In this document: in pieces, positions 38,948 to 50,400 of the stretch
Position numbering within the stretch: the stretch's first letter is position 1
How the letters are laid out: the number at the start of each line of letters is the position of its first letter
Assembly (NCBI GenBank): GCA_045863335.1
Contig: BTVY01000002.1
Coordinates: 160,562-224,561, forward strand
Length of the DNA stretch: 64,000 bases
Reading direction: 5' to 3'
From: Candidatus Hydrogenedentota bacterium
Lineage (GTDB): Bacteria > Hydrogenedentota > Hydrogenedentia > Hydrogenedentales > SLHB01
Notes under the pieces: model-generated
Told to the model about the DNA's origin: nothing
The model's database searches: none
Seen by the model: only the letters and a program-made list of their open reading frames with translations
Position numbers and translations under genes: made by a program

Positions 38948-41900
38948 ATGTCGTCACATGTTCGACTCACGATTCATATACTCGCCATCCTTGCGGCCTC
39001 CGCGAGCGTGCAGGCTGCGGACGATCCGGCACTGTATGAGCGGCCCTCGGACAACATCGCCCGAGGCAAGCTCTACACCCTCTCCCCCACCCCGGGCTAC
39101 CGTTACTGCACCGATGACGGTGACGCGACGCAACTGACCGACGGCGACTACACGGAGGATTACTTCTGGGCGCAGACGTCGACGGTAGGTTGGCAGCATG
39201 CGAAGCCCGTGGTAATTACAGTGGATTTGGGATCGGACCAGCCGATTCGCGGGGTCTCGTTGCGCACGGCGGCAGGAACCGCGGGCGTGTTCTGGCCGGT
39301 GGGGATCTACATCTTCGTTGCGGGCGAAGATCAAGAGTTCCACTGGATCGGCGATCTGGTGTCCATGAGCGCCGCGCACTCGTCACCGCCGAGTGACGCA
39401 TACGCGACGCATCGGTATTGGACCGATGCTATGCAGACGCATGGACGCTACGTGGCGTTTGCCGTGCTGTCGGAGCCGTATTCCTTCGTGGACGAAGTCG
39501 AGATTTACGCGGGCGATACCGCCTGGACCGAGTCTCCCCTGCCCGGCGAGAGCGTTGGCGACATTCCGGCGTACATGAAGCGGCTGAGCGTTCGGACCTC
39601 CGTAGTACGGCGCATATCCGAAGGTGTGGCGCGAATGCGGGAGGCCGTCGCAGCCTCGACGATTCAGGATTCGGGGAAAAGCGAGCTTAACACGGCGCTA
39701 AGTGAAATTGCTGCCGGGATTGAGGGCATCCCTGCGGATTTGGGTCCTGATTTCCGCGCTGTGCTGCCCTTGAACGATCTGCATGCACGGGTGTTCGCCG
39801 TGCAGGCGCGGTTGTGGGAATCGGCAGGTCACGATGGGTTGACCCTGTGGCAATCGCCCACGTGGGACGCGTTGCCGCATCTCGGTCCCTTGCCTGAATC
39901 AACAGGCGCAAAGATCGATGTCTGGATGATGAACGATGAGTACCGCGCAGGCGCGTTCAATTTGAGCAACGCAACGACGGAGCCCATTCGCGCAACGCTT
40001 GGCTTCGACGGCTTACCGGGCGGGGCGATGCCGTCGTACGTAACGGTCCACAAAGTGGTGTGGACCGACACGAAAACGCTGAACCCGGTAGCCGCGGCCT
40101 TGCCGGAGGCCGAGCGCGGTGCAGAAGGTTACGAGCTGACGATCAAACCCGGATTGACGCAGCAAGTCTGGTTAACCTTCCATCCGGCCGATCTGGAGCC
40201 GGGCGTGCACGAGGGCACGATCGTTGTCGAGGCGAACGGCGTTTCTCCTCTGCGCGTACCAGTGACCTTAGAGATGTTTCCCTTCCGCTTTCCGGACCAG
40301 CCGCGCCTCAACGTAGGCGGATGGGATTACACCGATCAGCCGAGCATGTACATGGTGACGCCCGAGAACCGGGAACCACTCATCGCGCATCTTCGTGAAC
40401 GGTTCGTGGACTCCCCGTGGGCGACGCGGGCCGCACTTCCCTACGGCACGTTCGATCCCTCGGGCGCGATGACGGCGCCGCCGGATACCGCGCATTTCGA
40501 TGCGTGGATCGACCGTTGGCCGGGCGCGGCGCAGTATTGCGTGTTTGCGGCGGTCAGCGAGCATCTCCACTCGATCCCCATGGGCACGCCCGAGTTCAAT
40601 CGCGCGGTGAAGGAGTGGATTGCGTTTTGGGAGGCACACATCAAAGAACGGGGCTTACAACCGGAACAATTCGCCATGCTGCTCTTCGATGAACCGCACG
40701 CGCCGGAACACGATGCCATCATTATCGCGTGGGCGAATGCCTTGCGCGAAGCGAATACGTCTATCCGAATCTGGGAAGATCCAACCTACCGCGAGATCAC
40801 GGAAGCCAACCCAGAGATGCTGGCACTGTGCGACGTGCTGTGTCCGAACCGGCCGATCTTCCTCCGGTGCAGCGATGCGTCGCGGCAACTCTACATCGAC
40901 CAGCGCGATGCCGGGCGCACGCTCGAGTTTTATTCCTGCAGCGGGCCGATGCGCCTGCTTGACCCCTACCTGTACTGCCGCTTGCAGGCGTGGACCTGTT
41001 GGCAGTACGGAGCGACGGCCTCGTACTTCTGGGCATTCGGCGATGACGGACAAGGCTCGTCGTGGAACGAATACGGGGCGGAACGCACCGCCTACACGCC
41101 GGTGTTTCTCGATGGCACGTCGGTCACGGCGGGCAAGCACATGGAAGCGATCCGCGAAAGCGTCGAGGACTACGAGTACCTGGCGATGCTGGGAGAGGCT
41201 ATCGAGAGCGCGACCGATCGAGGGATCGATGCGGCGATCGTCAACGGCGCACGGAAACTTCTGGATGAGGCACCGGAGCGCGTGTGCGCCGCGTACGAGG
41301 CCGACCCGGGATTCTGGTGGAAAGCCGAGTGCGACCGGACGGTGGCGGATATGGTGCGCAGGGAGATTCTGGAAGTCCTGGTGGCGTTGGAATTCTCATC
41401 TCCGCGAAACACCTCCGGCGAAGGCGAGGAACAGACGGATTCCAGCCGCGCTGAGGGGTTACCGCCATTTGGCGCGCACGTGCGGGTGGAACTGGATACG
41501 TACCAGATCCTGGATTCGAGAGAGCTTCTCCGTGGAACCATGGTTCCTTCCTCACCATCTGCATTGACCCAACTCGCCGATGGCCATCCAGATGCAACGG
41601 TGGATCTGTACGTGAGTGCCCTCGGGCCAACAAGACCAGACTGGGCCACAGAGAATATACCCATCAACGAAGTTGGATCCGGCTCCGCTGCAATCACGAT
41701 TCCGGTCCACTCGTTCAACGGCGGTTACTATCGTATGTGGGGACAAATCATGTCTTCGGACAATCTGCTGTCAAAAGGAGACGTGCTCGACAAAAACGGT
41801 AGTGCCGTGACGTTTTGTGTGCCGGAGTTTCGGTCATCTCCGGAAGAAACGCCCGTTGCGAATCCCATTGAGTTCGTTGCCCGGACCGTCAACTCGCTGA

Positions 41901-43369
41901 GGGGTTTTCAATCGGCCAGAATCGATGGTAATCCTTACGGTACACCGTTCCTGACGGTCACGCGTCCGGTCTACGCAAGTTACCGTTCCATTGGGTACAA
42001 GCGGGGAGACACGTTCGAGAACTACTGGTTCCCCGAGAGACCGATGGATCTCGCGCCATTCTTGTGCGATTTTGAGTTGTGGCCGATTCTGGATAAGTTG
42101 TCGGAGTTGACTGGCGATGGAACTTACAGTGCCATCGTTTCGTCTATGGCGGCCGCTTTCACCGAACACGGTTTCCATCCCACTTCAGGCCTGGGATATC
42201 TCGGCGAGGAAGCAGGATTTGACGTGTGGAACCGGGCCGTTGCATCAACCAAGACGGGAACCGCGCCCCCTGCATTCAAACCGAAGAATACCGGAACAAT
42301 CCCCGAACTACCGCTGGATCGATTGTGGAGCGTCGCTCCCGACAAGATGCACCGTATGGGTCGTTCGATGTTCCTGGGATTGGTGACCAATCCCGAGAAC
42401 ATGGACTTCAATCGCTACTGCGCGTACGACTGGGATGATTCGAACCAAGCGCACGTCATGACGCAAAACACCGCGCACTGCGCGTTCGACTCGGTGGCGG
42501 GGCGCATGATCCATTGGTGGGCGTCCTGTTACGCTCGGACCGGCGACGAGGACTGCCTGCTATGGGCAGAGAAAATGACCGATAAGTGGGCTGCTGTCCA
42601 ACATCCTGAGTCGGGTCTGGTACCGAACTTCTTCGGTGCGGTGGCGCCGCAGGAGCACGTGCCCATGCCACCCGGGGAATGGGCCGAACCTCGCGCGACG
42701 ATCCTCATGGCGGTGGCGCTTACGGACGCAGCGAATGAACTCCACCAGCGTGACGGTGGCAGCGCGTTGGCGGACCGACTCATCGATATGGCGCGTCGCA
42801 TTGCCTTGGGTGTCGCACGGTATGACTACGATCGCGAGCGCCGCGTATTTCGCGAGTATCTCCACCTGGATGGTCGGCCCTACGAGGGGACCGCGCGATA
42901 CACCTTTCCGACGCAAGAACAGAAAGATGCCGCGGTCAAGTCGGATCCCCAATTGGCGCAAGTGAAAGTTTACGACGGCGCGGGATTCTACACGCCGGGA
43001 ACCTATTGGGAACTTTGCGCGGGCAGCACGATACCGCTGGACCTGGCACAAGTTGCGACGCGCGTAAATGATCCCGAGTTACTCGACTTAATACACGGGA
43101 TCTGCGAAGACATGGTCGACGAAGCGCGCAGGCAGACGGGGCCAGTGACGGACGAAGGGACGTGGACATTTCGCGCAAGTGGCGAGTATATCCAGGCGCT
43201 GGTGTTGCTGTATCGGTCGTCAGACAAGACACAGTATTTGGAATGGGCGCGAGAGGTTGCGGACCGGGAAATGCGACACCTGGATCAGGTCGTTTATCCG
43301 CAATGGTGGCGTATGCCGGAGCGCGCGGCTTTGTTGAACGGATTGCTGGAGTTGGCCGCGGCAACGTAG
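38948..43369 (+). CDS. Large secreted fusion: sugar-binding domain, DUF4091/GH123-like module and PL2-like helical domain
   Basis: QLTDG..VDLG..FVDEVEIY; FDEP; EAIRESVEDYEYL; LSELTGD...SGLGY...DFNRY. Confidence 0.7.
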   Translation: MSSHVRLTIHILAILAASASVQAADDPALYERPSDNIARGKLYTLSPTPGYRYCTDDGDATQLTDGDYTEDYFWAQTSTVGWQHAKPVVITVDLGSDQPIRGVSLRTAAGTAGVFWPVGIYIFVAGEDQEFHWIGDLVSMSAAHSSPPSDAYATHRYWTDAMQTHGRYVAFAVLSEPYSFVDEVEIYAGDTAWTESPLPGESVGDIPAYMKRLSVRTSVVRRISEGVARMREAVAASTIQDSGKSELNTALSEIAAGIEGIPADLGPDFRAVLPLNDLHARVFAVQARLWESAGHDGLTLWQSPTWDALPHLGPLPESTGAKIDVWMMNDEYRAGAFNLSNATTEPIRATLGFDGLPGGAMPSYVTVHKVVWTDTKTLNPVAAALPEAERGAEGYELTIKPGLTQQVWLTFHPADLEPGVHEGTIVVEANGVSPLRVPVTLEMFPFRFPDQPRLNVGGWDYTDQPSMYMVTPENREPLIAHLRERFVDSPWATRAALPYGTFDPSGAMTAPPDTAHFDAWIDRWPGAAQYCVFAAVSEHLHSIPMGTPEFNRAVKEWIAFWEAHIKERGLQPEQFAMLLFDEPHAPEHDAIIIAWANALREANTSIRIWEDPTYREITEANPEMLALCDVLCPNRPIFLRCSDASRQLYIDQRDAGRTLEFYSCSGPMRLLDPYLYCRLQAWTCWQYGATASYFWAFGDDGQGSSWNEYGAERTAYTPVFLDGTSVTAGKHMEAIRESVEDYEYLAMLGEAIESATDRGIDAAIVNGARKLLDEAPERVCAAYEADPGFWWKAECDRTVADMVRREILEVLVALEFSSPRNTSGEGEEQTDSSRAEGLPPFGAHVRVELDTYQILDSRELLRGTMVPSSPSALTQLADGHPDATVDLYVSALGPTRPDWATENIPINEVGSGSAAITIPVHSFNGGYYRMWGQIMSSDNLLSKGDVLDKNGSAVTFCVPEFRSSPEETPVANPIEFVARTVNSLRGFQSARIDGNPYGTPFLTVTRPVYASYRSIGYKRGDTFENYWFPERPMDLAPFLCDFELWPILDKLSELTGDGTYSAIVSSMAAAFTEHGFHPTSGLGYLGEEAGFDVWNRAVASTKTGTAPPAFKPKNTGTIPELPLDRLWSVAPDKMHRMGRSMFLGLVTNPENMDFNRYCAYDWDDSNQAHVMTQNTAHCAFDSVAGRMIHWWASCYARTGDEDCLLWAEKMTDKWAAVQHPESGLVPNFFGAVAPQEHVPMPPGEWAEPRATILMAVALTDAANELHQRDGGSALADRLIDMARRIALGVARYDYDRERRVFREYLHLDGRPYEGTARYTFPTQEQKDAAVKSDPQLAQVKVYDGAGFYTPGTYWELCAGSTIPLDLAQVATRVNDPELLDLIHGICEDMVDEARRQTGPVTDEGTWTFRASGEYIQALVLLYRSSDKTQYLEWAREVADREMRHLDQVVYPQWWRMPERAALLNGLLELAAAT

Positions 43370-43413
43370 AACGCGGAGCTTTGGGGCGGCCGAACGAGGG
43401 ATCTGCAGAAACA

Positions 43414-43451
43414 ATCGGACCGACCCGACTGATCGGACCGATCCGTCCGAT
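43414..43451. repeat. 9-mer tandem repeat/hairpin (ATCGGACCG-like) between convergent genes
   Basis: atcggaccg acccgactg atcggaccg atccgtccg at. Confidence 0.65.
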
Positions 43452-43462
43452 GAATTGATCAC

Positions 43463-45553
43463 CTACGGCATCGGCGCGACTTGCGTGAATTCCACACCAG
43501 CGCCATTGGGTTGGGCGACGCGCAAATTGAAATTCCAGCCGCCGCCGCCCTGGCTGATCTTGACGAGGATACGATTGACGCCCTTTACCAAATGGACGTC
43601 GGCGATGTCCTGGTCGAGGGCCGCGCCTCGGTCGATCCGGTTCTCCCAGACGACCTCGCCGTTCAGCCAGACCTTGTTACCGTCGTCGGAACCGAGCCGC
43701 AACTGGGCGTCCGTTTCCGCGGGCACCTCGATTTCGGCGTAGGCATAGGCGAACTTGCGATCGAACTGGCCCACCTCGCCAATGAGGTTGACCATGCCGA
43801 GGGGATCGGGCGTGTTCACCGTCTTCCACTGCAGCGATTGGTCGCCGGCGGAAACCGCGGTGGTCGCGTCCACCTTGGGCTCGTTCACGAAGGCGCGATC
43901 CCAATCGGCCTCGTCCTTCCAGTCGAAGGGGCCAATTACGTACCAGCTCCGCACGAAGCCCAGCAGGTTCGCGAAATCCGCGGGAACGCCCGCGCCTTGG
44001 AGACGCTGCGCCAACTGGACCAGCACCTCGGGGGACGCATTGGAACTGCGTACCACATCGATCGCTTCTTTCGCCCGATCCTTGTCTTCCGCGGCAAGCG
44101 CGCCCGCCACGGACACAATGGCATTGCCGGCGGCGTCTTTGAGCGCAGGCTGCTCCATGGCCGCTTTCACGAGGTCGTAGGCCTGCGCCACCGGATATCG
44201 TGCGAGCCCTTGGAGACAGGTGTTGCGCAAGGCGTCGTCTTCGGCAAGATCATATAGTTGCATGAAAGCCAGCCCAGCGGCCTGGGCGTTACCGGCGTTG
44301 CCGAGAGACCCGGCCATCTTCTTCACCGAAGCCAGCGCGAACTCCTTCTCCTCAGCCGAACCGTTGCGCGCCACTTCCACCAGCGGCGCGAATGCCTGCA
44401 TGCTCTCCATGGACGCGAGCGCTTTCAGCGACGCGTCGCGCAACGCGGGAACGCCGCTGTTCAATTCTTCCTTCATGAGATCCAGCGCAGCCATGTCCTT
44501 GCGCTGGCCCCACACATTGATCAACGCCACGCGCATCGGCTCGGCCAGACTCGGATAGGCATCAAGCACCGCCAACTTCGCTTCGTGCCCTTGCAGGCTG
44601 GTTAATGCCTGCACGCAGGTATCCGCCATGTGCGGGTCGCCAGACATCGCGGTCGCGACGATGGCGTCCACGACCGTCGCATCGCCGTACCGCGCGAGCC
44701 CCATCACCGCACCCGCCTGGATGATGCCCGAGGGCGCTGCGTCGAGGACCGATTTGTAGACCGACATGGCAAGGTTCCAGTTGCCGCCGTTGATCGCGAT
44801 ATTGTCGGCCAACCGCAGCAAGGCGTCGTACGCGACGAATTGCGTTTCCGGCGTCGATTTCGCTGCGACATCCTGCAACACCGGAGCCAACTCAGGGTCG
44901 CCGGTCCAGCTCAGTGCCATGGCTGACGCGGCGCGGACCGCCGGGTTGCTGTGGGAAGCGAGCACGCGTAACGAATCAACCGATTCCGGCTCTTCCAGCT
45001 TGCCGATGGCGTTCAGCAAGGCAACCTTGAAGTCATCGTCGGCGTCTGGAACCGCTGTCAACATGGCCACGCAGGCATTCCGCGTGCCGGTTTCCTGCAG
45101 ACACTCCCGGGCTTTCTCTTTCCACTCGTCATTGGCGAGCAACGCGGCCACAGGCCCCACGTCGAACCCTTCGGGCACGACAATCGGTACCAGCCGGAGA
45201 ACTTGCCGGATCTGCTCGTGCTGCGCATCAGAACCTAACTCGTCCAGCAAGAGCCGGGAAGCGACCAATTGATCGGCCTCGTGTCCGGGCGCGGCTGCCG
45301 CATTCAGAATGTCCGCGATTACGTTACGCGCGGTGTAGCGGATGCCCTGATCCTCGTGGGACAACATGGGCAACAGCATCGGCAATGCTTCGACGCCTTC
45401 TCGCGGAAGCAGCTGCCGTGCGCGAATGCGCTTCGTCATATCCGGCCCGGATATATCGGCCACAAGCTGGCGCATGTCTTCGGCGGCGGACGTGGACGCA
45501 AGTATCAACGCAAAAGCCATGAATGACCAATGGCGTTTCAAGGCCAGTAACAT
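43463..45553 (-). CDS. Secreted HEAT-repeat protein with C-terminal PA14-like beta domain
   Basis: Multiple HEAT-like helical repeats; WYVIGPF, GSDDGNKVWLNG, GVNRILVK. Confidence 0.85.
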   Translation of the reverse strand: MLLALKRHWSFMAFALILASTSAAEDMRQLVADISGPDMTKRIRARQLLPREGVEALPMLLPMLSHEDQGIRYTARNVIADILNAAAAPGHEADQLVASRLLLDELGSDAQHEQIRQVLRLVPIVVPEGFDVGPVAALLANDEWKEKARECLQETGTRNACVAMLTAVPDADDDFKVALLNAIGKLEEPESVDSLRVLASHSNPAVRAASAMALSWTGDPELAPVLQDVAAKSTPETQFVAYDALLRLADNIAINGGNWNLAMSVYKSVLDAAPSGIIQAGAVMGLARYGDATVVDAIVATAMSGDPHMADTCVQALTSLQGHEAKLAVLDAYPSLAEPMRVALINVWGQRKDMAALDLMKEELNSGVPALRDASLKALASMESMQAFAPLVEVARNGSAEEKEFALASVKKMAGSLGNAGNAQAAGLAFMQLYDLAEDDALRNTCLQGLARYPVAQAYDLVKAAMEQPALKDAAGNAIVSVAGALAAEDKDRAKEAIDVVRSSNASPEVLVQLAQRLQGAGVPADFANLLGFVRSWYVIGPFDWKDEADWDRAFVNEPKVDATTAVSAGDQSLQWKTVNTPDPLGMVNLIGEVGQFDRKFAYAYAEIEVPAETDAQLRLGSDDGNKVWLNGEVVWENRIDRGAALDQDIADVHLVKGVNRILVKISQGGGGWNFNLRVAQPNGAGVEFTQVAPMP

Positions 45554-45591
45554 TAGCTATTCTCCTTATGGACGCTGGTCCCCAAGAATTC

Positions 45592-45759
45592 ACATCCCCC
45601 TAGACCCTTCGGGTCTGCCCCCTTCAAAGGGGGAATTTGTGCGCACGCTTCGCGGCGCATTGCGGGGGCGAGATCCGTACATTTTGCAGAAGCTCTATAG
45701 CAACAACCAAGACTAGGCTTCGCGCCACTCCCCCTTTGAAGGGGGATCAAGGGGGATGT
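45592..45759. repeat. Inverted pair of CCCCCTTCAAAGGGGG-type REP-like elements
   Basis: ACATCCCCCT...CCCCCTTCAAAGGGGGA and TCCCCCTTTGAAGGGGGATCAAGGGGGATGT. Confidence 0.8.
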
Positions 45760-45850
45760 TTCTTCGGCAATTCCGTGGACGCTTCCGATATCCGGCCGGC
45801 CACGTAATGCCCCAAAGGTATGTCGTGCAAACGTCCACATGAGCGTTGTC

Positions 45851-47131
45851 CTAGAAGCGCCACGGGGAGCGGTAGGCGCGGGTCAGGTAGCGGTTGCCTT
45901 CTTCGTCGTCGATGAACTGTTCGGCGTCGCCGTCCCAGATCATCTTCCGGCCGGTCTTCAGCGCGATACCGCCGAGCAGGACCGCCGTAGTGGATCGCAC
46001 GCCCTGTTCGATTTCAGCGACGGGCCGCTTACGCGTCTTCACGCATTCGAAGAAGTTGTTGTGGTGATCGTCATTTGCCCAACTCAGCTCCGGCGCGCCG
46101 ATTTTTTCGCCGTAACCGAGATCGGCCGGCTCGACGAGGTACCGGTTGCGATCGACGTATAGGATGCCTTTATCGCCCTGGAAGCGGATGCCGTAACTCG
46201 CGCCCGCGCGGATGTCGGCAGGGCGCTGTTCCCAGGTCACGTTACAGCCTTCGTATTCGAGGATGCATTCGATGACGTCATAATTGTCACCCCCGGGAGA
46301 ACCGCGGTACGTACCGCCGACCGATTGCACGTTAAGCGGCTTGTCCTGTCCGATGCCCCAATGGACAATATCCATGAGGTGAACGCCCCAGTTGGTGAAT
46401 TGGCCGCCGCGGGCGTAGTCGTGGCAGCCCATGAATCCGGAAAAGCGCTGCGGACTGAAGGGTTCATACGGCGCGGGGCCCAACCAGAGGTCCCAATCGA
46501 GACCTTCGGGCACGTCGCGCGTTTCGTAGCCTTCCCCCCATCCATTGACGCCAACCCAGGCGCCGGCGGAGGTGACCTGGCCGAGGGCGCCGCTTTTCAC
46601 GATCTCGATGGCTTCCTGAAAGATGGGCATGGAACGCTGCTGCGTACCAAGCTGAACGACCCGGCCGTAGCGGCGGGCGGCGTTGACCATGGCCCGGCCT
46701 TCGGCGACGGTCGGGCATGCCGGTTTCTCGACATATACGTCTTTCCACGCCTCGCAACCGTGAATCGTGATCAGGGGATGCCAGTGGTCTGGCGTGGGCA
46801 CGAAGATAGCGTCCACGTCTTCACGGTCCAGCACGTGGCGATAATCCTGATATCCGTCCGGCGTGACGCCGGTGGTCTCCCCGACCGCCTTGCACGCGTT
46901 CATATAGCGCGGCTTGTATACATCGCACAAGGCGACCATCGTACAGTTTGGGTTCTTCGCCAGCGCGGCAATATGCCGGCTGCCCATCCCCCCGCAGCCG
47001 ATGACCCCAAGCCGAACTTTTTCATTAGGCCCCACGGTGGCCCGGGCCACGCGGGACCCCATTACGCCCGTCGCGAGACCCGCCGCGCTCCGGGCAATAA
47101 ACTGTCGTCGACTCAATCCATCTCGTCGCAT
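45851..47131 (-). CDS. Tat-exported Gfo/Idh/MocA oxidoreductase
   Basis: SRRQF, GCGGMG, TPDHWH, KDVYVEKP, QLGTQQRS, NWGVH. Confidence 0.92.
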   Translation of the reverse strand: MRRDGLSRRQFIARSAAGLATGVMGSRVARATVGPNEKVRLGVIGCGGMGSRHIAALAKNPNCTMVALCDVYKPRYMNACKAVGETTGVTPDGYQDYRHVLDREDVDAIFVPTPDHWHPLITIHGCEAWKDVYVEKPACPTVAEGRAMVNAARRYGRVVQLGTQQRSMPIFQEAIEIVKSGALGQVTSAGAWVGVNGWGEGYETRDVPEGLDWDLWLGPAPYEPFSPQRFSGFMGCHDYARGGQFTNWGVHLMDIVHWGIGQDKPLNVQSVGGTYRGSPGGDNYDVIECILEYEGCNVTWEQRPADIRAGASYGIRFQGDKGILYVDRNRYLVEPADLGYGEKIGAPELSWANDDHHNNFFECVKTRKRPVAEIEQGVRSTTAVLLGGIALKTGRKMIWDGDAEQFIDDEEGNRYLTRAYRSPWRF

Positions 47132-47325
47132 TGCGACTCCCTCCAGAGAACCTGATTGCCAAGGTCAGGAGCGTAACACGTGCGAGAGACGGAATGCATC
47201 TGGCCGGATTACTGGAGGACGACGGGGGAATTGTAAGCGGCACGAAATGAGCAACATGCAACCCCCAGTCGAAGACGGGGATCGACAGGTATAGCCCGTT
47301 CCCCGCACCGGATGCAAAAAGTCTA

Positions 47326-47354
47326 TTGCCTTACATCCGGAAGTGAGGTAGAAT
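47326..47354 (+). promoter_or_regulatory. sigma70 promoter TTGCCT-17-TAGAAT
   Basis: Near-consensus hexamers ~120 nt upstream of the kinase gene. Confidence 0.6.
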
Positions 47355-47472
47355 GAAGCTAACGGTGGGGTCAAGTAGCTAATCTCTTGGTTGTGGTTCC
47401 TTCCGAACTGTCGGGGTCGTAGTTCGCTACTCTAGGTCTGTGACGCGCGAGCGTTATTGCGAGCGAGGGTGT

Positions 47473-50400
47473 ATGAACAACGATCGAAATCTCCTCTTTG
47501 GAATTTTTGCGGTACAACTGCGCAAAGTCACGCCCGCGCAACTCGTCGAAACAGCGGCAGCGTGGACGATGGATCCCTCCAAGGACTTGTCACAACGCCT
47601 CATTGAGGCGCAGATAATCAACGAGTCCGACCGCGATCGCATCAACATGTATGTCAATGACGCGGTCGCTGCGCACGAAGGCGATCCTGTGGCAGCGCTG
47701 AGCAGCCTCGATGCAGCGCATCGCGCGCATGACACGATTGAATCCATGAAGAAATCCCTGAAGTCGGTTTCGCCGCTGGATCAAACCAAGCTTTCTCCGC
47801 AACGTTGGCTGGAACTGGGACCCGTCGAGGACGTGCCGGCGGTGGACGAAACCCCGGGGCGCTACACGCGCTCGAGCGAATACGCTCGCGGCGGCATTGG
47901 GCGTGTCTTGCTCGTCCACGATCAGTATCTGGGACGAGAGATTGCGTTGAAGGAACTGCTCCCAATCGTGAGCACGGATGACGCCACGCTGGACGTAAAT
48001 GAACCGACGCCGGTACAGGCGAGCACGTCCCTGGTATTTCGATTCTTGCAAGAGGCCCGCATCACCGGGCAGTTGGAACATCCATCGATCGTGCCGGTAT
48101 ACGAATTGGGCCGCCGCAAAGACGGCACGATCTACTACACGATGAAGCTGGTGCGTGGGCGAACCTTTGCGCAAGCACTTCGGGAAACCGGGTCGCTCCA
48201 GGAGCGGCTGAAACTACTGCCGCACCTAATCGATCTCTGCCAGGCAATCGGTTACGCGCACAGCCGTAATGTCATCCACCGGGATATCAAACCGAACAAC
48301 GTGATGATTGGGGAGTTCGGAGAGACCGTTGTACTGGACTGGGGGCTGGCCAAGGTACGGGGCCAGCAGGATTATCAGGCCAGCCAGATCGAGCACACGC
48401 TCAAGACGCTGCGTGTTTCCGATGAGGCGGAAGCTGAGGCAACGGTCGAAGGACAGATCCTCGGAACGCCGACATTCATGCCGCCCGAGCAGGCGCAAGG
48501 GGATCTCAAGAATATCTCGGAACGTTCCGACGTGTACTCCCTCGGTGCGGTCTTGTATTCGTTACTGACGGGGCAGTATCCGTTTGGGGGCAGAAACGCC
48601 AAGGAGATTCTCGAACAGGTTTTGCACCAAGAACCCGAACCTGTCGAGGCGATCGTGCCAGATGCCCCGCCCGAACTTATCGCCATTTGCCGGCGCGCGA
48701 TGCAGCGCGATCCCAGAAAGCGGTACGCCAACGGCAGGGAACTGGTGGACGAACTGGCGCGATTTCAGGCGGGCGCGCTTGTCAGCGCCTACAGTTACAG
48801 TTTCCGCGAACACTTGTGGCGCTTCGCGAATCGGCACCGGGCTGTCCTGTCCACGGCGGCCGCGTCTCTGATTATTTTGCTTGGCACCGCCGTGTTTTCT
48901 TACGTCCAGGTGTCTCGCGATCGCAATGCGGCCATCGCGGCAAAAGAGCGCGAATCCGAACAACGGTTGCTGGCGACACAAGCCCGCGACGCCGAGCGGG
49001 TGCAGCGCGAACGGGCGGAAAAGCAACTCTACCTTTCAAACATCCTCCTCGCACAGAGCCGAATCGACGAACGACGATTTGATGTGGCTGAACGCGTGCT
49101 GGACGCCGCGCCTGCGTCGCTCCGCAATTGGGAGTGGAATCACCTGAAACGCCTGTGCCACCAGGAAGAGTGGACCTTCGCAGGGAGCGGGGTACCCGTC
49201 GAAGACGTCGCGGTATCTCCGGATGGTTCGTTAGTACTCACGGCGTCGGACGACGGAATTGTGCACGTTGTGGACGCGGCGACCGGACAACAAACGCAGA
49301 CGCTGGGACCTGTCGAAAGTAAGATTCAGCGAGTTTGGGTTAATGCCGACGGCTCGCGCGCGCTGACCACTGTGCTTGAAGGGGCGCCGCGCCTGTGGAA
49401 TGTGGCGACTACGGAGCTTGTCGCGATTCTGGAGGCGCATCCCATTCCCGCTAGCAGCGCCGGCTTCAGTCCGGATGGCAAGCAGGCCGTCACTGGATCT
49501 TCAGACGGCACCATCAAGGTGTGGGACGCAACAACCGGCTCGGAAACCACGACGATCGCGGGCGATCCTCACCTCGTAGAAGTCCTGTTTAACGCTGACG
49601 GGTCGCAGGTGGCGGAGCGTTGCACGACTGGACCGGTTATCCTCTTCGACACGGTTTCGGGTGACCGGGTGGCAACCTTGGAATCACCGGAAGGTTCCGT
49701 GCAGCAAGTGGAATTCAGTGCAGACGGCCGATTGATCGCCCTCGCAGCCGGGAACTCGACAACGCTCTGGAACGGGATTGACTTCAGCCGCGCCTTCACG
49801 CTTTCCGGTCACGAGGCTGAGGTATCGGCCATCGCGTTCAATCCGGACGCCAGCCAATTGGTGTCGGGATCGGAAGACGCAACCCTTCGACTGTGGGATA
49901 CGGCAACCGGATCAAGTCTGCTCGTTAGCGACGGCCATGGCGACACAATCACCGACGTGGCGTTCGTCGACATGCCGAATCGGTTCATTTCGGCTTCACT
50001 AGACCATACGGTCCGCGTGTGGGATGGGGTGAACGGTGCGGAAGTTCGCCGGCTCGAAGGCCACAGCGGCCCGGTGCGTCGTCTCCTCGCGGATGCCGAC
50101 GGGCGGAGTGTGGTGACGTGTTCCGATGATCGCACGGTGAAGCGATGGTCGATTCCCGTGCCACCCGGTTCGCCGCAATTGGTGTTGCGGGGGCATTCGG
50201 ATGCAATTCGATCCATTCAGTTCAATCCAATCGGGGAGACGCTCTTGAGCGTTTCGTACGACGGAACGGCGCGGGTGTGGGACGGCAATACCGGCGGAAT
50301 TACTCAAACGATCGCGCTGGAAAGCGGCAAAATCTTCTGCGCGGATTGGAGCCCTGACGGACGGGTAATCGCGACAGGCTCCAACGACAGGATTGCGCGC

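Noticed and set aside
47355-47472. Possible tRNA or ncRNA after the kinase promoter
   Set aside because: No cloverleaf, T-loop consensus or CCA end; treated as an ordinary 5' UTR
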